DNA of 64,000 nt from Eubacteriales bacterium (GCA_045546995.1 JAZQDW010000067.1:1864-65863); one strand, 5' to 3'. Positions 31,811-40,412 are shown, counted from the stretch's first letter. Numbers and translations are program-made. The notes: generated by a model not told the origin, from the sequence alone.

Positions 31811-32487
31811 TGTGTGAAATGGATACGCCGGAAGAGGCGCCCCTTTCCCCTGCGGAGGACAATGGAATCATTACCACGGCCGGCGGGATTCAGGCGTTGA
31901 CCATCATCGGCCAAATCGAAGGGCATTATATTTTGCCCGGACAAAACAAAACCACCAAATACGAGCACGTATTGCCCGCGCTGGTGGAGATGGAGGAAAA
32001 CGAAGCCGTCAAGGGTCTGTTGATCTTGCTGAACACGGTGGGCGGCGACGTGGAGGCGGGGCTGGCCATTGCAGAGATGATCGCCTCCATGACCAAGCCC
32101 ACCGTTTCCCTGGTGCTTGGCGGTGGCCACTCCATCGGCGTACCGCTGGCGGTGGCGGCAAAGCGCTCCTTTATCGTCCCCAGCGCCACCATGACCATGC
32201 ATCCGGTACGCACTACAGGGCTGGTCATCGGTGTGCCGCAGACCTTCCGTTTTTTTGACAAGATGCAGGACCGCATCTCCGATTTTATCTGCGCCCATTC
32301 CAATATTTCCCGTTCCGTCTTACAGCAAATGATCCGCAACGTAGGAGAGCTTGTCAACGACATGGGAACGGTTTTGGACGGTCGGCAGGCGGTGGAATAC
32401 GGTCTGATCGATGCCGCCGGCGGATTGGGCGAGGCATTGGATGCACTGTACGAAATGATCGGTACGGCGGATGAGCAGAAAAGCTGA
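31810..32487 (+). CDS. ClpP-fold serine protease family protein (TepA-like)
   Basis: [14 protein letters not shown]...GGGHSIG...TMHPV pattern. The ATG overlaps the eno stop (tgATG). Confidence 0.65.
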   Translation: MCEMDTPEEAPLSPAEDNGIITTAGGIQALTIIGQIEGHYILPGQNKTTKYEHVLPALVEMEENEAVKGLLILLNTVGGDVEAGLAIAEMIASMTKPTVSLVLGGGHSIGVPLAVAAKRSFIVPSATMTMHPVRTTGLVIGVPQTFRFFDKMQDRISDFICAHSNISRSVLQQMIRNVGELVNDMGTVLDGRQAVEYGLIDAAGGLGEALDALYEMIGTADEQKS

Positions 32488-32561
32488 CGGAGCAATAACC
32501 GCCTATCTTACCTTGTAATTATGCACAATTTTAAAATGCTTTTCTTGTACACTTTTTCATA

Positions 32562-32590
32562 TTGTATAGGTTGGTAAAATATGGTAAAAT
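32562..32590 (+). promoter_or_regulatory. candidate sigma-A promoter of the leader
   Basis: TTGTAT, 17-nt spacer, TAAAAT, with TGg extended -10. Conserved in the right copy. Confidence 0.55.
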
Positions 32591-32624
32591 AAAATTACAG
32601 AAATCTATGAAAGAGGTGAGCCCC

Positions 32625-32693
32625 ATGGTAATAGACTGTTCCGTGATCGGTTGCAGTTCCTTTCGTGCGGCTCATTTTTCTTTCCACCGGTAG
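32625..32693 (+). CDS. 22-aa small ORF MVIDCSVIGCSSFRAAHFSFHR (leader peptide or small peptide candidate)
   Basis: AAAGAGGTG SD 6 nt upstream. Conserved in the second copy as MAIDCSVIGCSSFRAAHFSFHR. Coding status unproven. Confidence 0.4.
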   Translation: MVIDCSVIGCSSFRAAHFSFHR

Positions 32694-32709
32694 AACCAAA
32701 CAAGCCAAA

Positions 32710-32743
32710 GCGCAAGGGGGCTGTAGCCACCCTTGCGCTTTTT
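32710..32743 (+). terminator. intrinsic terminator between the leader ORF and the rhs gene
   Basis: GCGCAAGGG...CCCTTGCGC stem with inner GGCT/AGCC extension, then T5. The rhs ATG lies 35 nt downstream with no promoter recognised in between. Confidence 0.7.
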
Positions 32744-32777
32744 ACATATTCATTATTGCTTAGAAAGGAGCAAAAAA

Positions 32778-35700
32778 ATGAAAACAAAGTTATGGCTACG
32801 CAGTATTTCTTGGCTTGTTTGTTTACTGCTGATCACTCAATGCTGTACTTTTGCGGTTTCTGCCGAAACGGAAACTGTAGCCACTGAAGCAACAGAAGAG
32901 CCTGTGCAGATCGAAGGCGAGTTGATCCAAAAGCGCACGGCGAATGAAAAATACTTTATGCGCAGTGACCAAAGTATTCTGGCGGCGGTTTATCCGAATG
33001 CCGTTCATTATAAGGACGTGGATGGCACCTGGAAAGAGATCGACAACCGCTTAACTGAATCCACCGATGGTGCAGAGACGGTATTTTCCAACACCGTCAA
33101 TGCGCTGAACGTCAAATTTGCCAAAAAAGCAAAAGATGGTAAGTTGGTGAAGCTTCATTATGAAGATACCAAAATTGCTTGGTACTTAAATGGCGCCGCC
33201 AAAACCACCGCCACCCCATTGGAAAACGACTGGCCGGAGCAAACGGATCCTACGGCAGTGATTGGCAATCAATCCGCCGTCTTATATGAAAATATTTTAC
33301 CGAAAGTAGATCTGGAATATCTGCTCATCGGTGATGAACTGAAGGAAAATATTGTCTTAAAAGACCGCACGGCCATAGGTACCTACACCTTTACCTATGA
33401 AACGGGCGCGCTTACAATGACCCTTTCCGACAATATGATCACTCTTTGGCAAGGGGATAAGGCGGTTCTGTTTTTGAACGCGCCTCTGATGACCGATGCC
33501 GCCGGCAACACAAGTGATGCCATTACGCTTTCTTTGCGGCCGGAAAAGGAAAACGAAAATAATCACGTTTATACGGTTTCCGTCACCCCCGATGCCGAAT
33601 GGCTGAACGCCGCCAGGCGTGTATATCCCGTCAAGGTGGATCCTTCCCTGACCACCGAGCAGACCTATGAAAACATAATGGACACCTACGTCAGCAAGTT
33701 GGCTCCCGGGTCTAATTATACAGATGAGATCACGTTCCGTGTTGGCAAGGATGCATCCACCAATGATGTCTATCGGGCGTTTCTAAAGTTTGATCTTCCC
33801 ACGGATATCGGCGAAAGCGATCGTGTGGTAAATGCTACCCTAAATCTGTATCCCGATCCACGATTGACCCATCTGGATACCCTGAATGCCATGGCATCAC
33901 AGCGTCCCGTGTTGCAGGCGCACGCCGTCCAAGAGACGTGGGCTACAAACGAGATCACGTGGGGCAATCAACCCGAGACGGACAGCGATATGCTGGATTA
34001 TGAGATCGTTGAGGCCAAAAACGGCTCAGAAGATGCCACCCGTTGGTACGGATGGAATATTACCTCCTTGGTGGATGATTGGTATACCTCCGGTGTCAAT
34101 AACGGTGTGATGCTGAAACTGGATAATGAATCCGGTTATACCGGCAATACGGTTGCCAAATTCTGTTCTTCGGAATTTAATTTGCTGGAAGATGATAATT
34201 CAATCGTATTCCCCTTGGTCAGTATTACCTATCTTAATATGCTGGGTCTGGAGGACTATTGGACGTATCATTCTTTGGATGCCGGCGTGGGCGGTACTGC
34301 CTACGTCAATGATTTTACCGGTGGCCTGACGATCGTGACTCCTGTGGCATCGGTAGACAGCGCTCACACGCCGCTGAACGTGTCGCTGGTCTATTCTCCC
34401 GGCTCTAACGATGCAAGCATCAATGCGCTGAACGTGGGCAATCATTTTATGCTCAATCTGCAGTGCTACGTAAAGCCGGTCACGATCGGCGACGTTCAAA
34501 AATATAAATACGTCGATGGGGACGGCACCACCCACTATTTTGCACAAAAAAATAATAAATGGACGGATGAAAGCGGCCAGGACCTGACCCTATCAATGGG
34601 CGACGGATATTATACCATACGGGATAAAAAAGATAATCTCCTGCGCTTTTATGCAGATACCGGCCGCCTGTGTAATATTAAAGACAGCGTGGGCAATAAT
34701 ACCCAATTGTATTATACGGTGGTGAACGGAAAATACTATCTCTCCTCCGTCACCAACGGTACCCACACCATCACCTTTACCCGTGACAGTAACAACCGTT
34801 TGTCGCGCGTGTATTATCCCGATGCCGACGGAACCAACGATCAGCGCTTTGCACAGATCACCTATACGGCATCTAAAAATGGCATTTACCATTTGACACA
34901 ATATATTCAGCAGGGCACCACATTGACCCCGACCCACATCGTCAGCTTCCCCTGTGATCATAACGTGGTCAGTCGGATCATCAGTTGTCCGTATGATGCA
35001 GATCGGGCAGATGGTGCCGCATTAAGCGGAACGGCATTGATCTTCGGTTATACCAACGAAGGGAATCTGTCTGAGCACCGTCGACGTATCACCTCTTATA
35101 AGATGGTGCCTTACGTAAACGGCACCCTGCAATCCAATCAACCGGAATACCATTATGCGGTCACTTATCATCGCAATGCTACGCGTTTTACCTCTCAAAT
35201 TGCAGGAGATAGCGGTGTATTTAGTAATGAACTCTACACCTTTGATGCATTGGGCAGAACACGCTCGGCCCAGGATCAGGACGGCTATGCCACCTATCAG
35301 GAGCACGGCATCAGCGGTGGCGCCAAGAATAAGGTCACCTTTACCTCCGATACACGCCGCCACGTTGCAAATCTTCTGAAAAATCACAGCTTTGAAAAGG
35401 GCGATGCCACCACCCTGACCCAATGGGCAAAAATCGGCAACAGCGGCGATAATGCAGCCATTAAAGGGACTGCCGATAACGAGCCGGTCTTTGTCGGCAC
35501 AAAGGCAATGAAGGTATATAAAAATGATGCCGCCCAAACCGTCAATTCCTCGGTGCGGCAGGCCATTACGCTGACAAAGGGCAAAAAATATACCCTCTCC
35601 GCCTATGTCTACACCGATTTGACCACCCTTTCCACTTCCGGCTATACCGGCGCATTTTTGTGCGTAGAAACGGCGGATTATTCACCCCAGAGCTATTGTC

Positions 35701-38700
35701 ACAATATTATCAGTGACGGCGCTTGGTCACGCCATTTTGTCACCATCGACCTGACCGGGAACGTGGATATGGCAACCAGTGAAACGTTTTACGTTTATCT
35801 TGGTATTGAGCGAGCAAAGGGTGCGGTATATTTTGACGGTGTCCAACTGGAAGAGGGCGGCTCGGTCAATTCCTATAACCTGATCGAAAACGCCGGCTTT
35901 GAGGACAGCACGGACACCGCCTGGATCGGTACCGAGCTGCAAAGCGGCGATGGCCGCACCACCGATTCCTCCCGTGTGGGATACTTCTATAAAATGGTCG
36001 GCAACAGTAAAACGTCCAAAAAGCTGGCCCGGACCGTCACCGTCAGCGGTAAACAGGGCGATGGCATAACGGCAGGTGCCTTTATTCGCAACTTCGGCCT
36101 GCCCAATAAGGATACCTATCATAACGGCACCAAACAGGATTGTGCCATCACGTTGGAAATTTGCCATTCCGACGGTTCCTCCCAATTTGTCACCCAAAGT
36201 GCGGAAAATGAGGTCGATCATTGGCAATACGTTTGCCTGGGAGCTGTTGCCGAGGAGAATTATACACAGCTTAAACTGTATCTAAAGTTCATTTATAACG
36301 GCAATACCGCATATTTTGATGACGTCGGTCTGTATCGGGACACCTTCGGGCAAAGCCTGACCTACGATGAAAAGGGCAACGTTACCACCGTGGTAGATAT
36401 GGCCAATAATACCAAAAACATCATCACCGACGGTAATAACGATATGACCTCCTATACGGACGGCGAGGGCAACGAGTATACCTTCGAGTATGACGGTGGA
36501 AACAGTGCGACGAAAAAGCATCTGCTGACCAAGGTGACCGATCCTTTGGACGATCAAACGGCATATACGTATGATGCAAAGGGCAACGTTACCAAGACCA
36601 CCTTAACGGATGCGGCGGGTAATATGACGATGTCCGCCTCCACCGCCTATACGGCAGATGGACATTACGTTGCAAGTCAGACGGATGCGGCAGGTATGTC
36701 CATTCGTTATAATCGTTCAACCGTGGACGGACGGGTAAATGACGTTCGTGCACCGTTGCCCGACGGTTATGATCTTAAAACTAGTTATACCTACGATCCG
36801 CTTACCAAGGAGACGGTGGGCGTTGAAGTGGCAACCGATATTCCCTACGGTGGCGAACACCGTTCTTTGCCCGCCAACGTAACCTATGCTTATGACCGTG
36901 GCAATTTGACGGATATCGTCCGTAAGGCTGACACAACCAAGCAGATGGGCTATCATATGACCTACGATAACGTTGGCAAACGCACCGGCGTGTATTGGTC
37001 GGGCAAAACCAACACCCAATCGCTGTTGCAATCCGCCACTTATAAAGATTTTGGTGCAGTGGATACCGTTACCTACGGCAATGGCCAAACCTTGTCTTAT
37101 ACCTACAACAACGCAGGCTTGGTCACTGAAAAGGCATATAATAATACGCCGGTGGTAAAATACGACTACAATGCAAACTATGCCCTCGGTGCCGCCGCCT
37201 ATTATCGCCCGGTCAGCAACACCTGGGAGCGTACCAACTACTTTTATGACCTGGCAGGCCGGATCTCCGAAACTAAGGATACCCGCGGTCTCAGCACCGG
37301 CGCCTATTCGTATGATAAAAACAATCGTCTGCTCTCCTATCGGTCGGTCTTGGAGGATGCCCACGTAGATCTTGGGTATACTACGCGCTATACCTATTTG
37401 GCCGATAACACGCTCAAATCCATCTGTCTGGATCCCGATGGCGGATATGAAAGCGGTACGATGCGGTACGGCTATGATGGGATCGGGCGACTGTATATCA
37501 AGAGATTATCGCTGGATAGTATGGACAATTCTTTCAGAATAGACTATACTTATAAGCAGAATGAGGACGGTTCCCGTACCACCCGACCTTCCACTACCTC
37601 TTACAAGGGTATATACAATGGTACCACCGTGGAGGGTTCGTACTACAGCACCTATTATGACGACGGCAAAATTGCCTCTCATCGGGTCATCGATAACAAC
37701 GGTACAAAAACCACGGCATTTGAATATGATGCATTGGGGCAACTTACTTCCACCGATGACGGCACCGACGAATACACCTATTCCTACGATGCCGGTGGCA
37801 ACCTCACCGCAAAAACCTTCACCACTTCGGCAGATGACAGCGATTATACTGCCACCTATACCTACGACAGCAACTTTTCCGACCTGTTGACCGGATATGC
37901 CAAAACCGAGGACGGTGTCACCACCACCCGCACCTATAATTATACTGCGAGCAATGGTACCAAATTTGTCAATCCCGTTTCCATTACCGAAACCAACGGC
38001 ACCACCAGCAGTGTGATGCAGCTTGGTTGGCGGCAGGGCCGGACGTTGGAAAGCATTACCACCGATGCCGGTACCGTTCGCTATGAGTACAATGAAAACG
38101 GTCAGCGTATTTTGCGACAACTGGTCAACGGCGCCAAACGGGAATACTATTACAACGGCACGCAGTTGGAGTATATCAAGATCCTTACGGCGGCGGGTAA
38201 CCTGACAAGCACGATGCGTTATATTTATAATGCAAACGGTCAGGCGGAATATATTCTGTACATTACCAAAGGCAATGCAAAAACTCCCGCGGCCTACAAC
38301 CTGTACTACATTCTGCGAGATAACACGGGCGTGATCCAAAAGCTCATCAAGGTGCGCGCGGCAAGTTCTACCTCTGTCACCCCCACCTTGTCCGTGGCAG
38401 TGGAATATAAGTACGACCCCTACGGTAAGCTTCTGTCTATCACCAAGGCCAGCGGCGAGAGCGTTGGCACCTACAACCCCCTCGTTTATAAGGACTATAT
38501 CTGGGACAGCGAGACTGATTGGTACTACTGCAACAGCCGTTATTACGATCCCGAAACGGGCAGATGGATCAATGCGGATGCATATTTAACTACGGAACAA
38601 AGTATTACCGATACCAATATGTTTTTGTATTGCGGAAATAATCCTGTTCTTTTTGAAGATGCTAGTGGAAATAGGTACGCTGTTTCCGCTTCGCAAATAG

Positions 38701-39188
38701 AAGACGAAACATGGGAGGAGAGAGGCTATTCATGTGATCATATGAATAAGCAAAGTGGTCGTGGGCTCAATCCATCCCACAGAGAAGAACTTCCGACAGG
38801 AGAACGACTCATATATTATACAGTTGGAAACAGCAAGGTTGTTACACCGAAATCTTTAGGAAAAAATACAATTATTATCAAGGATGTGAGAAATAATAGC
38901 CTTGACCCAGGAAATGCAAATATGCAAATTGTAGATTCGTACAAATACACTCGTCGTCAAAATGAATTAAGGATTAATATTCTTAATAGTATGCTACATT
39001 ATTGCCAAAGAGTTCCAAATTCCGGTAATGGATGGATTAGAAGTGTTCCATCGATGCTGTGGGAGTGGGATTTGCACAATTTGGCACACGACTTGTATCT
39101 TAAGCGATCAAGTAGCGGAAGCGTTGATCTTGATAATAAATCAGAAGATTGGGGGATCATTCAACATATATGGTACGCAATTTCTTGA
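32778..39188 (+). CDS. Rhs/YD-repeat polymorphic toxin, Sec-signal, WapA-like (2136 aa)
   Basis: Signal peptide MKTKLWLRSISWLVCLLLITQCCTFAVSA. DNRLRE-like and two CBM-like regions. Many YD repeats (YxYDxxGN/R). Core end ...RYYDPETGRWINAD...LYCGNNPVLFEDASG, followed by a 170-aa unassigned AT-rich tip. Confidence 0.9.
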   Translation: MKTKLWLRSISWLVCLLLITQCCTFAVSAETETVATEATEEPVQIEGELIQKRTANEKYFMRSDQSILAAVYPNAVHYKDVDGTWKEIDNRLTESTDGAETVFSNTVNALNVKFAKKAKDGKLVKLHYEDTKIAWYLNGAAKTTATPLENDWPEQTDPTAVIGNQSAVLYENILPKVDLEYLLIGDELKENIVLKDRTAIGTYTFTYETGALTMTLSDNMITLWQGDKAVLFLNAPLMTDAAGNTSDAITLSLRPEKENENNHVYTVSVTPDAEWLNAARRVYPVKVDPSLTTEQTYENIMDTYVSKLAPGSNYTDEITFRVGKDASTNDVYRAFLKFDLPTDIGESDRVVNATLNLYPDPRLTHLDTLNAMASQRPVLQAHAVQETWATNEITWGNQPETDSDMLDYEIVEAKNGSEDATRWYGWNITSLVDDWYTSGVNNGVMLKLDNESGYTGNTVAKFCSSEFNLLEDDNSIVFPLVSITYLNMLGLEDYWTYHSLDAGVGGTAYVNDFTGGLTIVTPVASVDSAHTPLNVSLVYSPGSNDASINALNVGNHFMLNLQCYVKPVTIGDVQKYKYVDGDGTTHYFAQKNNKWTDESGQDLTLSMGDGYYTIRDKKDNLLRFYADTGRLCNIKDSVGNNTQLYYTVVNGKYYLSSVTNGTHTITFTRDSNNRLSRVYYPDADGTNDQRFAQITYTASKNGIYHLTQYIQQGTTLTPTHIVSFPCDHNVVSRIISCPYDADRADGAALSGTALIFGYTNEGNLSEHRRRITSYKMVPYVNGTLQSNQPEYHYAVTYHRNATRFTSQIAGDSGVFSNELYTFDALGRTRSAQDQDGYATYQEHGISGGAKNKVTFTSDTRRHVANLLKNHSFEKGDATTLTQWAKIGNSGDNAAIKGTADNEPVFVGTKAMKVYKNDAAQTVNSSVRQAITLTKGKKYTLSAYVYTDLTTLSTSGYTGAFLCVETADYSPQSYCHNIISDGAWSRHFVTIDLTGNVDMATSETFYVYLGIERAKGAVYFDGVQLEEGGSVNSYNLIENAGFEDSTDTAWIGTELQSGDGRTTDSSRVGYFYKMVGNSKTSKKLARTVTVSGKQGDGITAGAFIRNFGLPNKDTYHNGTKQDCAITLEICHSDGSSQFVTQSAENEVDHWQYVCLGAVAEENYTQLKLYLKFIYNGNTAYFDDVGLYRDTFGQSLTYDEKGNVTTVVDMANNTKNIITDGNNDMTSYTDGEGNEYTFEYDGGNSATKKHLLTKVTDPLDDQTAYTYDAKGNVTKTTLTDAAGNMTMSASTAYTADGHYVASQTDAAGMSIRYNRSTVDGRVNDVRAPLPDGYDLKTSYTYDPLTKETVGVEVATDIPYGGEHRSLPANVTYAYDRGNLTDIVRKADTTKQMGYHMTYDNVGKRTGVYWSGKTNTQSLLQSATYKDFGAVDTVTYGNGQTLSYTYNNAGLVTEKAYNNTPVVKYDYNANYALGAAAYYRPVSNTWERTNYFYDLAGRISETKDTRGLSTGAYSYDKNNRLLSYRSVLEDAHVDLGYTTRYTYLADNTLKSICLDPDGGYESGTMRYGYDGIGRLYIKRLSLDSMDNSFRIDYTYKQNEDGSRTTRPSTTSYKGIYNGTTVEGSYYSTYYDDGKIASHRVIDNNGTKTTAFEYDALGQLTSTDDGTDEYTYSYDAGGNLTAKTFTTSADDSDYTATYTYDSNFSDLLTGYAKTEDGVTTTRTYNYTASNGTKFVNPVSITETNGTTSSVMQLGWRQGRTLESITTDAGTVRYEYNENGQRILRQLVNGAKREYYYNGTQLEYIKILTAAGNLTSTMRYIYNANGQAEYILYITKGNAKTPAAYNLYYILRDNTGVIQKLIKVRAASSTSVTPTLSVAVEYKYDPYGKLLSITKASGESVGTYNPLVYKDYIWDSETDWYYCNSRYYDPETGRWINADAYLTTEQSITDTNMFLYCGNNPVLFEDASGNRYAVSASQIEDETWEERGYSCDHMNKQSGRGLNPSHREELPTGERLIYYTVGNSKVVTPKSLGKNTIIIKDVRNNSLDPGNANMQIVDSYKYTRRQNELRINILNSMLHYCQRVPNSGNGWIRSVPSMLWEWDLHNLAHDLYLKRSSSGSVDLDNKSEDWGIIQHIWYAIS

Positions 39189-39994
39189 AAACCGCGTTTT
39201 CGGCGGTCAACATTATTTTGTATATAGTACTGATGCTTCCATTGATAGCATTTCCGATCCTTTTGTTCTTTCCCTATATATTTGAAGCAAACCTGTACTT
39301 TTCAACCATCTATTACTATCTGCTATCAGGACAGATCGAACTCTTTTTGCTTTTGGTTATTTTACTGCTGTTCTTTTTTATAAAAATCATTCGTCGGGAA
39401 AAAGTTTATTATTTATTCTCATCGCTGTTGCTGATAGCAAATTGCATTTTTGACGTTTTGACTTGGAACAAACCATTGCACGCGGTTGGAATTATCGTCA
39501 AACTGTTGATTGCGATCTCATTTTTTGTTGAAGGATGGAGGGCGCGCGGAGATTATTTCTCAAAGCACAGGAAAAACTTGCGTTTTTCTGTTTGTTGGGG
39601 TAGTGTGTTGTTTTTTGCCGGCTTTTTGCAATATATGTTGCTGAAATTTGAGCAAGGTCCCATTCTCATTTTTGCGGTCGCCATCTTATTTGTTGTCGGA
39701 CAAGCAATTTGGTTCATCTGTCAGCACATGTCCGCAAGGGATGTTGGTTACATTTGGCTTGGCTCGACATTTGTATGGGGGCTCCTTTCTTCTTGGTTAT
39801 CGTTGCTGCTGTATAAGCCGTTTCCATATTGGTTTGATGTTTCCGAAGATTATATGAATGAAAAATTTTGGCCGTTTTTTGTTTTCCAAATCCTTCATTT
39901 GGTAACAATGGGCATTGTGTGGTGCATCAAGGCAAGAGGCGGTTCTAAGAAAACAGAAAGAAATAACACAGGGGACGATTCTCTTGTCTCCTGA
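39170..39994 (+). CDS. polytopic membrane protein, putative cognate immunity protein
   Basis: Overlaps the rhs stop by 19 nt. AT-rich like the toxin tip. About 8 hydrophobic segments. Start choice uncertain (TTG 39149, ATG 39170 or ATG 39233). Confidence 0.55.
   Translation: MVRNFLKTAFSAVNIILYIVLMLPLIAFPILLFFPYIFEANLYFSTIYYYLLSGQIELFLLLVILLLFFFIKIIRREKVYYLFSSLLLIANCIFDVLTWNKPLHAVGIIVKLLIAISFFVEGWRARGDYFSKHRKNLRFSVCWGSVLFFAGFLQYMLLKFEQGPILIFAVAILFVVGQAIWFICQHMSARDVGYIWLGSTFVWGLLSSWLSLLLYKPFPYWFDVSEDYMNEKFWPFFVFQILHLVTMGIVWCIKARGGSKKTERNNTGDDSLVS
39967..39991 (+). repeat. REP-like element (degenerate core GGGGACGATTCT, mixed arms)
   Basis: cacaGGGGACGATTCTcttgtctcc. Supplies the last codons and the stop of the immunity gene. 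Confidence 0.7.
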
Positions 39995-40052
39995 CCTGTT
40001 GACCGGCTATGCTAAAACCGAGGGCGGTGTCACCCCCACCTTGTCCGTGGCA
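39993..40052 (+). pseudogene. orphan rhs fragment A
   Basis: Matches rhs 37881..37922 joined to 38382..38399 at a shared GTCACC, equivalent to an in-frame 459-bp deletion. Ends at a REP-like element. Confidence 0.8.
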
Positions 40053-40063
40053 AATTGCAAGGG

Positions 40064-40088
40064 AACACAGGGGACGGTTCTGTGTGTT
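40064..40088 (+). repeat. REP-like element, stem version 2 (ACACAG/CTGTGT)
   Basis: aacacagGGGACGGTTCTgtgtgtt. Confidence 0.8.
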
Positions 40089-40089
40089 G

Positions 40090-40249
40090 ACGGGCGTGAT
40101 CCAAAAGCTCATCAAGGTGCGGGCGGCAAGCTCTACCTCGGTCACCCCCACCTTGTCCGTGGCGGTGGAATATAAGTACGACCCCTACGGTAAGCTTCTG
40201 TCTATCACCAAGGCCAGCGGCGAGAGTGTGGGCACCTACAACCCCCTCG
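40090..40249 (+). pseudogene. orphan rhs fragment B
   Basis: 160 bp matching rhs 38325..38484 with 6 mismatches by hand alignment. Homology stops exactly at the next REP-like element. Confidence 0.85.
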
Positions 40250-40281
40250 GGGGGGACAAGGGGACGGTTCTCTTGTCCCCC
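40249..40281 (+). repeat. REP-like element, stem version 1 (GGGGGACAAG/CTTGTCCCCC)
   Basis: gggggggacaagGGGACGGTTCTcttgtccccc. Confidence 0.85.
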
Positions 40282-40330
40282 GGCTCCTTAACAAACGGAA
40301 ATACAACAAATAGCTTTGGTGTAAAATTGC

Positions 40331-40368
40331 AACACAGGGGACCAACACAGGGGACGGTTCTATGTGTT
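40331..40368 (+). repeat. REP-like element, version 2, with a partial 5' duplication
   Basis: aacacaggggacc then aacacagGGGACGGTTCTatgtgtt. The 3' flank runs into the -35 of the RAYT-like gene. Confidence 0.8.
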
Positions 40369-40395
40369 GACGATTTTAGTTTGCTATGTTACAAT
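40367..40395 (+). promoter_or_regulatory. candidate promoter of the RAYT-like gene 1
   Basis: TTGACG, 17-nt spacer, TACAAT, with TGt extended -10. The -35 overlaps the end of the REP-like element. Confidence 0.55.
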
Positions 40396-40412
40396 CAAAT
40401 TGGTGATGCGAT

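Larger units (their letters stand above)
32522..32750 (+). repeat. leader module, left copy of a ~229-bp inverted repeat (partner 53441..53668)
   Basis: Hand alignment to the reverse complement of 53441..53668 gives 10 substitutions and 1 indel. Contains a promoter, SD, 22-codon ORF and terminator. Confidence 0.9.

Noticed and set aside
32591-32743. Assignment of the leader RNA to a known riboswitch class (c-di-GMP, SAM, purine, T-box and others).
   Set aside because: I could not recognise any class-defining conserved nucleotides by eye. It is left as unclassified pending an Rfam scan.
40401-40411. The 11-mer ggtgatgcgat is shared between the RAYT-like gene 1 5'-UTR and the heptamer array (46953..46963), considered as a link between RAYT and the arrays.
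   Set aside because: This is a single short match. In the UTR, GGTGAT is plausibly just the SD (complementary to the 16S 3' end), and RAYT-like gene 2 has GGTGATAG instead. The evidence is not sufficient.
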